NCBI GenBank assembly: GCA_051362555.1
Contig: CM120640.1
Span: 23,794,225-23,858,224 of the forward strand
Direction of reading: 5' to 3'
DNA: 64,000 nucleotides
DNA from: Lingula anatina
Lineage: Eukaryota; Animalia; Brachiopoda
This document shows positions 51,008 through 64,000 of the stretch, piece by piece. A program made the position numbers and the translations under genes. Below the pieces are notes generated by a model that was not told the DNA's origin, searched no databases, and worked only from the letters and a program-made list of their open reading frames with translations. Within the stretch, counting starts at the first letter, position 1. Each line of letters begins with the position of its first letter.

Positions 51008-52622
51008 TTACACACAGAGTAAGTTGCCAGGTAAATTGCATATTGCATCATTTTTGTGATAATTTGTGACAGGTGTAACTGATACTGGTATTAATGGTGC
51101 ATTTTATCAGAATACTTTCATTCAGAAGTTGGTTGTAAAATAAGAGGTGTTATCATGTACAGTTTTGTAATGAGTGCTATTTTGAAAAGATACACTCTGC
51201 ACAATTTAGACAGAACTTGTGGATATTCAAAAATTATATTTGACATTCCACTTGTTTTGGGGAAAAGAGCCTTTATGTGTGAAGTTTTTTCCTATTTAAA
51301 TTATATGTTAAAGTCAATTATATACACTGAATATTTCACCATTCTATTTATCATGTTCTGGACTTTCATGGCCACCCTGTTGGTTGGTAGTGGTTAGTCA
51401 GTAATGTGAAAGAAATTGGTGTTTACCACTACCCTTATATTCATTTGTATATTGTAAACACATGTTCAGTAGTCTGGATAAATGGATGTATAATGCCAAC
51501 AAGCTCAAGAATGATGGCTTTTTATCACTCTGGCCTTTTGGCAATGCCCTTTTGCTTTCTATTTCCGATATTTGGCAAATCCTCAAGTTTACCTGCTCGT
51601 GTAAAATACTGTTATGTTTGTTTGGGGGAATTCGTAAAGATGCCTTGTGATTCAATTAAAAGAAAAATGTGAATTGTAGCTGCTTCATATTCAAGTAGAT
51701 CCTTGGAATCTCTTTGGTGATGGCACAACATAATATTTGATAGCTCAAAATTTCTTACGGTCTTATAATTTTGCATGCTTTAGTGAAGGGAATAATGGAA
51801 GTTAAAGCTCGTGATACTTTTGAGATGTTTTAACATGTGTGTCATCAAACACTTTTGAGATACCATGTGGGAAATCTGCAAAACACTTTAGAATAATAAA
51901 TCTTTCCACACCAGATTTGATATAATTAAAACCATAATGTTAAAATAGAGAAAACTCCTTGGGACACCAACTGTTTTAATGCTAATGGCCTTTCAAAACC
52001 ATTAACCTTTGTATTATGGGTTCATGCAGTAGAGAAATATTGGACACAAACCAAGGAATTCATCTAATCTTTTGTAGTCTTAATTATTTTCATGTTAGGG
52101 TAATTATGAATTATACAACAGATGGCAAGACAGCACAAAAAGAAATCATTCATATCCTGTTCCTCTATTTGATCTTGTTTAAATATTTCACCATTTTTAA
52201 ATGTATGTGATGAGTACCAGATCTATTTACGTCATTGTTCATGAATAATGTACATGTGGAAAGCATGCTGAATGTATGTAAGGAAGTCTCAAGGCTATTA
52301 TAGCACATGCTCATGTGCAGTAAATAAATGACTGAGCAAAATTTGCCATGATGTGCCCTGATGATTCCGTAATGATTTTACCTGGATTATTCATAAAGAA
52401 AATGAAAAAATAGTGTTTAGTATGTAAATTTGTTTCATAATATTTTTATTTCGTATGAGGGCATTCAATGGATTTTTAAAAAGATTTTTCTAAAATTTAA
52501 AATGCACAGTTAACTATCTTGATGAAATAATTTCAAGTGTTCATGTATCTTATAACATTACCATTTTACTCCTTTTATATAGAGGAAAACATGTAATAAC
52601 AAACATACATTTTATTTTACAG

Positions 52623-52827
52623 TTTTGGAAATGGATGATTCAGAAAGAGAACTTGCTCCTGATCCTGACTGTATTAGGAGTGCTGTTAGGGATATTTATT
52701 GGTCTTCTAGCACGACTGGCCGATCCAGATGTGGATGCAGTTATGTTGGTCTCCTTCCCTGGTGAACTGCTGATGAACATGTTGAAAATGTTGATTTTAC
52801 CTTTGATTATTTCTAGTTTAATATCAG
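52623..52827 (+). CDS. SLC1A2: EAAT2-like, coding exon 2 (TM1-2)
   Basis: [20 protein letters not shown]...[25 protein letters not shown]; AG/GT boundaries. Confidence 0.93.
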
Positions 52828-53052
52828 GTCAGTTGATTGATGTTATGCACAGCAGCTTGACACAGTTGTACATTAATTATTCTACAATATTTTCAAAATG
52901 GTTCATATAAAATAAATCTTTGTTTATTTCTTTAATAACAGTATGGCTACAGTATGTTTATGGATATTTTTAACAAAAAAGATTTAAACAAAATACAAAC
53001 ATATGAAATCAATTATATACCAAAGATGTAATATGTATGAATCACACATTAA

Positions 53053-53384
53053 AGGGATAATAACTCTTCGTTTCGACCAAAAAATGAATTTTCCTGGAGT
53101 AAATAACAATTTTCCCATACTAACCAAGGGTTAATGAATCCATTTTTACATTCAAAGTTAGTCCCTGTTTTTTTCTAAAAAGTTTGGTTTTTTGTTAAAA
53201 TCTCTTAAGAAATTTTAACAGAGTATAGCCATCAATGGAGGTCACATGGTCTAAAGACAAGTCTAGATATCAGATAGCTATAACTGCTGTTTTTGTGGTA
53301 AAACAGAATATATTATATTTCTATGAGTTATTCACAATGTTTTTATTGTGAAATATAGATCTCATAGGAATAGTTATTATCCCT
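53053..53384 (+). mobile_element. Kolobok-like MITE, 332 bp, intronic
   Basis: TTAA TSD; AGGGATAATAACT TIR; homologous to 43267-43598. Confidence 0.85.
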
Positions 53385-53496
53385 TTAAGATTTGAGTATA
53401 TGTAATAATAAGTAAATTTAAGCAAATCTGTACCATACTCAAGTTAACACATGATTAGGTTAGTTAAATATATATAATTTTTATTCCATAATCAAG

Positions 53497-53704
53497 GGTT
53501 GGCTCAACTGGATGCCAAGGCCAGTGGTAAACTGGGAGGCCGTGCTATGGTCTACTATTTCACCACCACAGTGATTGCATCCATCATTGGCATTGTGTTA
53601 GTTGTGACCATTCACCCTGGAGACCCCTCCGTACGTGCTGGCCTTGGGTCTGGCACAACCGAAAACAAGGTGTCCACACTGGATGCATTCCTGGATATAT
53701 TTAG
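53497..53704 (+). CDS. SLC1A2: EAAT2-like, coding exon 3 (TM3)
   Basis: [21 protein letters not shown]...IHPGDP...LDAFLDIFR; phases consistent. Confidence 0.93.
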
Positions 53705-54054
53705 GTGTGAATGAAATAAAACCCACTTGGAAATGTTTCTGTGATCTTAAGATAATCGTTCTTCATGAAAGGGGAAAAATTATATTAGTGGAAAAATGTC
53801 CCAATGAATGGGTTATCAGTTGCTTTTCCAACAAGTGAAAAGGTAACAGTTCAAGGAAATTTTAAAGAATATGGTTGTATGAAAATGTACTTCTTTTGGG
53901 CATGTATCTGGCTTTTAAATCCCATTTGTACTGAAAGAGAAGCAGACGCTTCATAATTATTATATATATTCTATAAATATTGTGTTGAAAAAAACTTGTT
54001 AATAGTTTTTCAAAACTTACTTAGCTTAAACAACTATTTTGTTTTTATTTACAG

Positions 54055-54329
54055 GAATTTGTTGCCTGAAAATCTTGTAGTGGCATGTTTTTATAGTGTT
54101 TCTACCTACTATGTAAAAGCCCCTCCTTTGGTAGAGAAAGTGGACCCAAGCATGCCTCCTGACGCAAATGTCACTGAGAACGCCACAGAAGTTGTCTTAT
54201 CTATTGTTGATCAGTTAGATGCTGATTATAATATTTCAATAGACAATATGACAGCAAATGAAACAGAAGAACCAGAGAAAGAGAAATACGTAAGAGAACT
54301 GAGATACGGAGGAAGTACAAATGTATTAG
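54055..54329 (+). CDS. SLC1A2: EAAT2-like, coding exon 4 (extracellular loop with N-glycosylation sequons)
   Basis: NLLPENLVVACF...STNVL; NVT, NAT, NIS, NMT, NET sequons. Confidence 0.92.
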
Positions 54330-54652
54330 GTATAGAACTTTGTCAATTTTTTTAAAGCTCATTTTATCTTGGTGAAATCTATAATTTGGTGGACATGTGT
54401 TATTTTAATAACTGCCTGCTTCAATGTGCTCTTACTTTGCACTGAGTTGTGATGTATGTTAACGATTGAGATGATTTAAAAAAATTAGTGAATAGTTTTA
54501 TAACAAGTATGATATCTTTTGGTATATTCTCTAGGTATATGTGTAGGTAATTGCTCAGTGAGGTACATATATGAATGTGAATACCATGTTATATTAATTT
54601 GAAACTAATTGCATTTTTCTCATGATGTGATTGTGTCTTCTTTTTTTTCCAG

Positions 54653-54779
54653 GTCTAATTATTTTCTGCATTGCATTTGGTGTGATCCTTAGTTCAATGC
54701 ATGAAAGGGCCAGAGTCATGACAGACTTTTTCTTCATTCTGAATGAAGTGGTGATGAAAATGGTTGGCATTATCATGTG
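54653..54779 (+). CDS. SLC1A2: EAAT2-like, coding exon 5
   Basis: GLIIFCIAFGVIL...DFFFILNEVVMKMVGIIMW; read by hand, not in the ORF track. Confidence 0.93.
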
Positions 54780-55049
54780 GTAAGATATCTGGATGTTTAG
54801 TTGTTTTCAATTTCAATATAACCATAAATTTTTAATCTGACTCTGGTGATGGTATCTGGTTTTATTTGCCTTTTCTAAGGTAAATGGTGCTAAGTTTCAT
54901 GATATTTCAGATAAAACTGGAATGCATTGAGAAGTAAGAAGGCAAGTTTAACAGTTCCTAGTATAATAATTAAAAAAAAGCTCTTACTGACTAAATTTTA
55001 AAGAAAAATTTCCAAGGTTGATCTATCAAATAATACAATGAATTTTCAG

Positions 55050-55283
55050 GTATGCTCCATTTGGTATAATGTGTTTGATTGCTGGTAAACTGATGGAAAT
55101 TGATGACATGGCCAAAACAATCAGGCAGCTTGGAGTGTACATGGTCACTGTAATTGTGGGTCTTATCATTCATGGTGTTGGTGTACTGCCACTCATTTAC
55201 TTCGTCATAACAAGAAAGAACCCTTTCACATTTGCCAAGAACATGCTGCAGGCTTGGCTGACAGCTTTGGGAACTGCTTCAAG
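55050..55283 (+). CDS. SLC1A2: EAAT2-like, coding exon 6 (TM5-6, HP1)
   Basis: [13 protein letters not shown]...[12 protein letters not shown]. Confidence 0.94.
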
Positions 55284-55568
55284 GTAATGACAAATGACAT
55301 GGTATGATTTGTGTTGATATATGAGTTTTTTTTTATCTGCCAGCAGATCATTTTGAAACTTTCAGTAACACCACCAAATGATTCTTTAAATCTGTAGATA
55401 TATTGTTAGGATGGTTTTATTATATAATCAATAATCACTGTGAAAGAATGAAATGTGAAAAAATAATATAACGTATGTAAATATTCAGAAGTGACAACTA
55501 TGAACTGTATTGATTGTGTTGTGACGATGAAAGTCTGTTTTTGTATTAAATAGTGTGTATGTGTGCAC

Positions 55569-55620
<52 letters not shown>

Positions 55621-55626
55621 TTTCAG

Positions 55627-55821
55627 TGCTGCCACCATCCCTGTCACCTTCAAGTGTCTGGAGGAACTGAATGGTATTGACAGGCGGGTGACCAGGTTTG
55701 TGATCCCAGTGGGAGCCACTGCCAACATGGACGGCACAGCTCTGTATGAGGCTGTGGCCACACTGTTCATTGCACAAATGAATGGAGTGAACCTGGATAT
55801 TGGGGAAATAATTACTGTTAG
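55627..55821 (+). CDS. SLC1A2: EAAT2-like, coding exon 7 (TM7)
   Basis: [13 protein letters not shown]...[18 protein letters not shown]; preceded by a (TTTA)n microsatellite. Confidence 0.95.
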
Positions 55822-56219
55822 GTAAAGACTCTGTGGCTGTAGTTGAGTGAGTTGAGTAGGGTATCTTGAAGTATCTTGTGTGTATGTGTTTATGTGCATG
55901 TGTACTTGGGTGTGAGAGATAAGATTGTTGGAAAAAAATTAAAAAATTTATAGAAATTGTTCTGTTCAAAACTGTTACCTGGTAATGGTTAAAACATGTT
56001 AGACATCAACATTTGCTATAATTTATTGAAAGCCATATGAAACAGATAAACAGTGAATCCAAATTATTAATATGCATAAAAAGTTTTGGCTTATTACATC
56101 CAAGGGAAGTTTTATTATTTGATTAATAATGTATCTGTAGTCCTTTTGTTTGTAGGTATAGTGTTTCCTTGAACTGGCTGTAATACGAGTAAGTATTTAG
56201 AATTTTGTTAATTTTTTAG

Positions 56220-56354
56220 TCTAACTGCCACCCTGACCAGTATTGGTGCAGCTAGTGTGCCCAGTGCGTCACTGGTCACCATGATTCTGATCCTGACAGC
56301 TGTGGGACTGCCTGTGAAAGACATCAGCTTGATTGTCATGGTGGATTGGTTGCT
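56220..56354 (+). CDS. SLC1A2: EAAT2-like, coding exon 8 (HP2)
   Basis: [32 protein letters not shown]...VDWLL; read by hand. Confidence 0.94.
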
Positions 56355-56721
56355 GTGAGTATTTTTAAGCTGAATTTGTCAGTGTAACTTCAGTGGAAAG
56401 TAGTTGGATTATTTTTGTCTAAATTAAGTGACTAATGTGATTTATTAAAGCATTGTATGACTGAATATTTATAATACCTTATTTAAATGTTTAAAAATTG
56501 TAGAAGACACTGAAAAACTGAAAACGTGCACAGTGAGGGTTATTTGAGTTAAAAGTATATAATTTTGAAAATTTGGAAATATTTTTATCCTTCAATTGAT
56601 TAAATTTGAAATATTTTTATTATTTAATGGTAGTGTCAGTAATATAAAAAGAGGGGATATTATAATACTTCTCTCTTTAAAATCAGGTTACATATATAAA
56701 TCTCTCTTGTTTATTTATTAG

Positions 56722-56947
56722 GGACCGTTTGCGAACCTCCATCAATGTTCTGGGAGATGCATTTGGTGCTGGTATTGTGGCCCATCTCTCTCGCCATGAA
56801 CTGGCTGCTCAAGATGCAGAACTTGCAGCAGAGGAGGCAGCCAAGAACGGAATTGAAGAACGTCGACCAAGCAAAGCGTCCTTAAATGACAGGGGTACTA
56901 ATGGTTTATATCCAGAATTGAATAAAGAATCTGAAACCCCCATGTAG
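56722..56947 (+). CDS. SLC1A2: EAAT2-like, last coding exon (TM8, C-terminus)
   Basis: [23 protein letters not shown]...ESETPM*; the nine exons sum to 1695 nt (564 aa plus stop). Confidence 0.94.
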
Positions 56948-59900
56948 AGTTCCAATGTTGCCTGCCAGTATTTGGTAATCAGTTGTTAATCATAGATTAA
57001 TGTTGTGGTGTACTACTAATCAATTGATTAAGAGATGACTTGCCTGGGCAAGTTAGCATTTGTCACCTGTCAACCATGAAGTTGTTCCAAAACTTTCTTA
57101 GAACTAGCTTTGCCTACTTTGATAGTTGCCTGGGATGTGTTGTAAGTACCTGAAGTAATATAGACGTTTCAATATTGTCATTTTTTTATTTTTAAAATGC
57201 CCCTCAGTTCCAAAATTTCATAGCATTTCAGCAAAATCTCCTCTATGGCATTATTGTTTAGACTTTAGAATATATCATGCGATTGGTGACTTGTTTATTT
57301 TCCAAGATGCATGCTTTCCCTGTGTTTTTTACTTGTTTATTATGTAGTGTCAGTCTGTGTCATGGCTTTTGATGTACATCAGACTCATTTTAATTTTTTA
57401 TGACAAATGTTTTGTGAAATTACTTAAAAAAATTTGGTGCTTTACTGTGCTTGCTAGCAAAAGTTTTTTTTTCAAGCAAATAGATGTAAAATGTATACCA
57501 AAGTAAAATTTTGAATCAGATAAGAGATAAGTTGACACATATTTTTCATTTTTCTCAGTTTTAGCAACTATTCAGTTTGCATTTGGTGAAATGTAAATGT
57601 GCTGGTATGAGCCTAGCTATATATTGGATTAAGTATCTCATTTTGAAGCATAATAGCATAATTAAAAGCAGCACTGCACACGAAGCACTTTAAATGTAAA
57701 TGTAGTATTAATATTTTATATTATTATTTTGACTGTATTATTATTTTTGCATGCAGCTGATGGGGATGTAGGTAAGGCTATTATTGTACATGCACCACCG
57801 GATGATGAAGATAAGGGGAAGGAAGGAATGAAATGGGTGTAACGCAGTTATATACAAAATTTTAAAATTGGAAAGGATTGTGAATTTGCTATCAATACCT
57901 AACATTACTAAAATCAACAAGTGGAAAATTTTTTATGCTTGATTATGGTGACCCACAGTCAACAGGTATAGATAGGCAAAACAAATCTCCATATTGACAG
58001 AGATCAAGTGAAAAAGTCACATAAGATACGCTTACAAGTCTGTTGGCAAAAACTTACACAGCACATTTGACGATAAAAGTATGATTGAGAGAGATATCTT
58101 TTCCTTTATTGAAAATGCAAAATTTCAAATTTAATAGTGAACCAGAATTCTTACCCGCAAAGTGATTATTTTTTTAAAAAATGCTTAAGTATTGTTATGT
58201 TAGAAGTTATAAGATTGCCAGTATTTGTACTACAGTTCAGGGTTCCAATGAGCATAATCTCATTGCTCTTCCTCAAAGCCATACACTCAAGTACATAATT
58301 TTGTTATCAAGGTGTAATTGTTTATTATGCAATTAATGGCATATTGCTGTTTATATCATTATAATTATTTTTTGGTGTATGTGCATCTTTAAAGAGTTAT
58401 TTGCACTTTTCCAAAGTCTTATGATGGTTGTTCTGTATAAAATCACTTTAATTAAAGCATGAGCATGGTGAAACACCTGTGACAAGGATGAACTTCATAT
58501 AGATATATCATGTATTTTACTGTCACATTGCAAGCCTTCTTTAATTATTCAAGCTTTAAGTACCAGCAACCTGCAGTTTCATTTCTGAATTAATATATCA
58601 GTGATTGTTTGATGTATTTGACAGTTTCGTCATAATGGGTATTGCATTTATAAAAAAAAATTGCACAAAAACATTGTATAAATAGTATAATATTCTTATT
58701 ATAACTACAAATTATTTTCTAATGTACAGACTTTATTTACTATCAATAGGTAATATGCACAGTGAGACTGAAACAGACAAATTATAACACCTGGCCATGA
58801 GTGAGAGGATTATCTTTGCAGCATACAGTATTGCCATAGCAGCTTGAAGGTTGCTGATATAGTATGGTGAGATAAAAGGTACCTAGTACATTGTACAACA
58901 TAATAGATGGGGTCATATGAGTTGTACAATGGTACAAATAAGTGAACTCATTCAAAACTAGGAAGAATTTTTAGTCACTCAGTGTTGTGATTCTGTGTTA
59001 CTGCCAGGTCTTGTGAAGAGAGAGATATTTGATGTGACTTACAAAGAAAGAGATTTGGTAGGCTTTGGGTAACATATACTGTATAATAAGCTACGCACAG
59101 TTGATATACCATTGGTTTGTCTTTGAACTGCATTTTTTATACTGGTATTCCAGTGTACATTACCAATACTTAAAAAAAATTCAGTCAAACTGTGCCTATA
59201 TTGACAGAAAACTATATATATAAACTCAATGTATACAGAACTTAACTTCATCAAGGGTAAAAGTTATTATGACTATTATGTATGAAATTATTCTCAATTC
59301 CCTATTTGGTGATTAAGTATTTAGCAATTTGAATTATGCCTTTTAAGCTTATATGTAATATTCTCAGTATACATGTACAGACCTTTTTTTAGAGATTTTT
59401 CTTTAATTATTTGAGTACTTTTTCAATAGATTTTTTTGTTACCACTTTTTATGCATTTAAATCCTTTCATAGTATTTCTTGCAATACAACTGAATTGATA
59501 AGGAAGGCGATACTTAGAGAAACCAAGATCATAATTGACATTGAATTAAAAAAAAAGATTTAATAGGTCTTAAATGAAATGATAAAAATGACCCTCTTCT
59601 TTGGGTTAGGAGATTGAGCCTTTGCTCTTCCCAGTTGTAAATAACATATTGATATCTTATGCAGTGCACTTGCATTTTACACATGAATGTTCAAAAATTG
59701 TATTGAAGCCAGTCAGTCTACCCATATTATATTATGATATAATATATTAATATTATGCACAAAATATTTACATTAAGTAGAATGTGCCAGGGTGTTCCAG
59801 TTATAAGCAGTAGATACTTGTGCTACATGTGCCACCTCTGTCGTGTCTGTGTTTGTACAGATAGCACACACTTGTAGAAACTGAAACCTTACAACACAAA

Positions 59901-62547
59901 GAGGCCACAGATATACATATGTGCCCAGGTGTAAACTTAAGAGAAAAGGGGATATAAACAATTTTAGTACCCTGAGTTTCAAATTTTACTGGTAAATTTT
60001 GTCAATGGCAATCATCCAATATAGCCCAAAGTATGGCAACTTAGTGTTTAATCAAGCAAGGTCTTGCAGAATTGCAAAAAGTGGAGCCAGAAATAATGGC
60101 AAACCAGTAAGTGAGATGCAACAATGAATGAAAGCTGGTAGAATTTATCCACAGGTATTTTTCTGGTTGTTTTTTAAGTTCTGTGAAATGACAGTATTTT
60201 TTTTATGTATTATAATGTTTTACATGTTAATCCTGTATTGCTTCCTAAGGTGACATTCCTGCCACACATGGTTTCAACCTTCTTACTAGAAGAAAATTAA
60301 TCCCACCTCACTCAGATTAATGCACATTTTCTAGTCTTATATGACAAAACACAGTGCAGGCAACCTTCATTTTAGGCTGTATTGGATGATTTCCACTGGC
60401 AGGAACTGTTCTAATTGAAGTGTATAAGTGCAAGAGAGAACATATTAGACTCTGAAACCCAGGGTGGTACTTATTGGCATCAGTTGGATTGCTTTTTCCA
60501 CTCAGAGATAGTGGGTATATTTAGCAAAACAAAAGAAAACTACTCTCTTCTTTGATAAAAAATTTTCAGGTTATATTTCACGTGATTCTAAAAACGTCTC
60601 TATTGCCTAATTTTATACCACAAAAAATATGCAGGTTTGTCTGGTGTTTATGCTTAGAGATTGATTTGTGTTCAGGTTTACCTAGAAACCAAGGTTATTT
60701 AACCTTGAATCTGCTGTTAATATTGCATGTTGTAGAATGGAATAAAGACTGTATTATAGTGGAATATTTAATGTGTTGTGCAATATACAGTATTGTGTTA
60801 TTTTAGTGTTGCACAGAGTTGTAATTACATTTTGGCTTTCAAAAGTAACAATCCCTTATATAATCTTTTTCATATTTCTTGATCCATCTATTCAAAAAAT
60901 GAATGATATTTTGTGTTCCTACAGAAATACACATTCAGGATATCAGTTTTGACAACTTTTCAAAACCTTGTAGCATTCTTGGGAAAATGTATTAGTAAAA
61001 TGGACAGTGAAAAAGCTGTAGGTTTTAAGGCCATCCCTCATTTTAAAACACCAGGTAATAATATGTTTGAAGAATATGACAATTTTTCATTAAGAATGTA
61101 GATTCGTCAGAAAGATTTCGCGTGGTGATGACACTAACCTCTACAAATTCAATTTCAGAAATGTATCACAGTGGAATATATATGATCTTTGTCCAAGATA
61201 TGATCTTACTTCATCTTGCCTTTCTTGCAGTTCTTGGCTATTTTTATAAACAGTCTGCTACAAAGCTGGTGCATTTTGCAAAACAAAAAAAGTTAACTGC
61301 GGTATTTATAGTCTTATTTGGCAGAAATCCTTCCATCTTACTAAGTATAGACTTGTATACCCCAAGTAAATGTACTTTAATCGCGTTATTAAATGGAAAA
61401 ATACACTGTCAACCGCAGTTATCAAGTTTATCAAGATAAATATTAATATGCACGTTCATAAACCGCAGAGCTGGGGTCAGTAGACCCATTTCACAGCATA
61501 AAAAATGTGTGGCACTTGACTTGGGATTTATTCTGCTTGGTCACGTTGTTCTCCCGTTTGACAGACTAACAAGAAGTGCCTGCGTCATTGCTCGCTACCT
61601 GGTCTTGAATTCTAGTTTCATAGGCCGCGTAAGATATATGAATAGATATGGTACCAGTCTACGTAGAGACAATCCAAGCTGTTCGAGAAATCGATTTGTT
61701 CCTTTAATCTGTATTTCAATCTCCATAGTTAATTACCATCAAAGTGTGTTGTATGGATTATAATATACACATTGATTAATTTAGCATGTGGTGACATCTT
61801 GCCGTTAAAACAGAACATAAAACTGCAGACACGTGCATTTAAGAGGGCCCGTTTCAATGTCTAAAACTACAATACCACGTAATAGAAGAAGGTTAATTTC
61901 TTAACTATCAACCAAACCCGACAATGTGGGGCAAATATTTCTGACCTAATGTTATTGTTGGAGGGAAGAAAAAATATGCACAGTGCAAACAGAAATTTGA
62001 CCGCGACCCGCTGGAAGTATTGACACAGCTCTTCATTGAATAAATTTACCGACAACCTGTTAGCTGTCACCAGTACATTTCCTCGTTGAATCACTATATA
62101 GAGGATTACCTCAACCGCCGTCGGACGTGTTTTATTAATCCCACCACCACCTCAAGGAGTACTGAAATACAAGGAATACATTTCTTGTAGACTACGCCCA
62201 CTTGTATTGTGGCCAACAGAATCAACATAATAAAGAGCGCTTCTCGACCTGAACGGTGTACCGCCACAAAACCAGCCGCGGAGGCATGCGGATTGTGGAG
62301 AATAACATCAGGGCTCTTAGGAATTCAAACAACTGCGGAATCCAATGAGTGTCATACACTGTATGTCCTAATCATAAAGTATTTATGATTTGGTACCTGG
62401 TCGCCCAGGAATATATGGTTATCTTCTATTTAACTGATGGACTGGGACACCCATTCATTCAGCGGCGACATCATTAAATGATAGGGACGGATTGTGTTCA
62501 GTGAAGGCGTTCAATACCACCTGACAGATAATAAACGACATCCCACC

Positions 62548-63111
62548 ATGAAGGCGGTGCAATATTCAGAGAGCGTTTCTGTAGGAAGTCTCCCTGCCTA
62601 CGACGAATTCTCGGTAACAGCACAGTGTGACATCAGCGTGAAGAAACGGTTCAATAATGGCGTGAAACTAAACGGGCCCTCGTGGTGCCCAGTGAACTAC
62701 AGAGACAAGGTAACCTGTTACATTGACTCAACGAGGCGGAGATATAGGAGCGATGTGTTTTACGAGGCTCGCATCAAACCAAAATCGTTTTCTGACACCG
62801 TGTATGTGTTCCCTAAGAACCCTGAGATGTCCTACATCTCCACGTTCACACAACACCCAGACTCCACAAGACGGTGGTACAAGACCTCCGTGGACATGGA
62901 CGGTCCGTTTACACCCAACGGTACTCTGATTAGCACCTGGAGACCGGAGGGGTCTCAGAAAGAGGAAAAGGAAGAAGATGATCTGTTTTACAGTCAACGC
63001 CCCATGATGAATGGAGAAATGAACGGTGATATTAACGGTCATGTTGGCTATGGTCGATATGTAAACGGCAATATAGGCAGCAGCAGTTCAGAAGAGGAAA
63101 TCAGTCTGTGA
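62548..63111 (+). CDS. Uncharacterised single-exon protein, 187 aa
   Basis: CCACCATG Kozak context; GC-richer than its flanks; no recognised domain. Confidence 0.6.
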   Translation: MKAVQYSESVSVGSLPAYDEFSVTAQCDISVKKRFNNGVKLNGPSWCPVNYRDKVTCYIDSTRRRYRSDVFYEARIKPKSFSDTVYVFPKNPEMSYISTFTQHPDSTRRWYKTSVDMDGPFTPNGTLISTWRPEGSQKEEKEEDDLFYSQRPMMNGEMNGDINGHVGYGRYVNGNIGSSSSEEEISL

Positions 63112-63794
63112 GATTGGTACGATAGACATTTGACACACCTATGTCTGTTTTATTTATACACTGTTCATATTTAAACAAGGAAAGAGGATGACAATGTAGG
63201 TTATCTCCGATAAGCCAATTTTATGATTATCGACATGTGACACATGTTATATTAATCCAGATTACACAGAAGGAATACAGCACGTATATATTGACAATGA
63301 TAAGATAACATAACACGAACAAATGATATTACATGATGTCCATAGGCGATCACACACATAGTAACAGTTACTTAGCAGTGACAGGTGGATAAGACTAAAA
63401 GAACACAGATGTAATATTGCCTTGCACATTACCACTACTTAAAATGGTGTAACCAAGCCAAAATAATGAGAGAGTGAAGGAGAGCGAGAGAACATATTTA
63501 GACTACTTATTTTTTTCAAGTAGATTGCATTCACCTATTTTCATCATGCCGGGGAAGTGTTAATATTTTTCACTAGGTAGATATTATTGGATATCACATT
63601 TTGCTATACACAAATGTATAACCATTAGTCAGTATCATTGACCCAATCTATGCCGTTTAAGAACAAATAATGTCTCCTATCAACCTTTAAGGACCTTGGC
63701 ATTTTATTGCCGCGTTGCTCTGATTTAAAACGTAACGATCTTTTCTTTCGAATTATCGATCTGTAAGTTGCAGTCAGATCTGAACAATATATAT

Positions 63795-64000
63795 TTATAT
63801 AAATCCATGTTTGTAATAGAAAAGGCTTGTCTGGTTCTTGCAAAAAGAGGACTCGGGTAGCATTTTTATACAGGTGATATTCAATCTTGTCTTTGTCCAA
63901 ATCCTCCCAAATTTTATGACAACCAAGCACGCGTGAAGACAGCCGAACACGAAAACTACTGGAGCAAGAATTGTACCCACACGCTTTGCTAGTCTTGTTA
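63795..64000 (-). CDS. Possible 3' end of a membrane-protein gene running off the window
   Basis: Frame open from the window edge: TRLAKRVGTILAPVVFVFGCLHACLVVIKF...FYYKHGFI*. Confidence 0.25.
   Translation of the reverse strand, partial: TRLAKRVGTILAPVVFVFGCLHACLVVIKFGRIWTKTRLNITCIKMLPESSFCKNQTSLFYYKHGFI

Overview
AT-rich, intron-containing animal DNA, probably a lophotrochozoan such as a mollusc (inferred from repeat types; not provable here). It is not prokaryotic, and I found no CRISPR, rRNA or tRNA genes. Host genes: (1) a Mab-21/cGAS-like receptor with a C-terminal TPR-like region, its coding sequence in one exon (7287-9554, minus); (2) an SLC1 excitatory amino-acid transporter of EAAT2 type with 9 coding exons (50529-56947, plus, 564 aa as reconstructed by hand); (3) a single-exon orphan ORF (62548-63111). 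The DNA between them is dense with mobile elements whose ends and target-site duplications (TSDs) can mostly be read directly. DNA-type elements: a Harbinger-type element with a MADF relic, an IS3EU-like MITE, a Helentron-like element carrying a ~146-bp satellite array, an Academ-like element, and Kolobok-, PIF- and hAT-like MITEs. The most unusual features are two Gypsy-like LTR elements. One is a pol-less two-LTR element carrying only a frameshifted coiled-coil ORF, with all LTR differences confined to R/U5. The other is a 5'-truncated element with an env-like tail followed by an apparently spliced BTB/POZ-like accessory ORF. All family assignments come from recalled motifs, not database searches.
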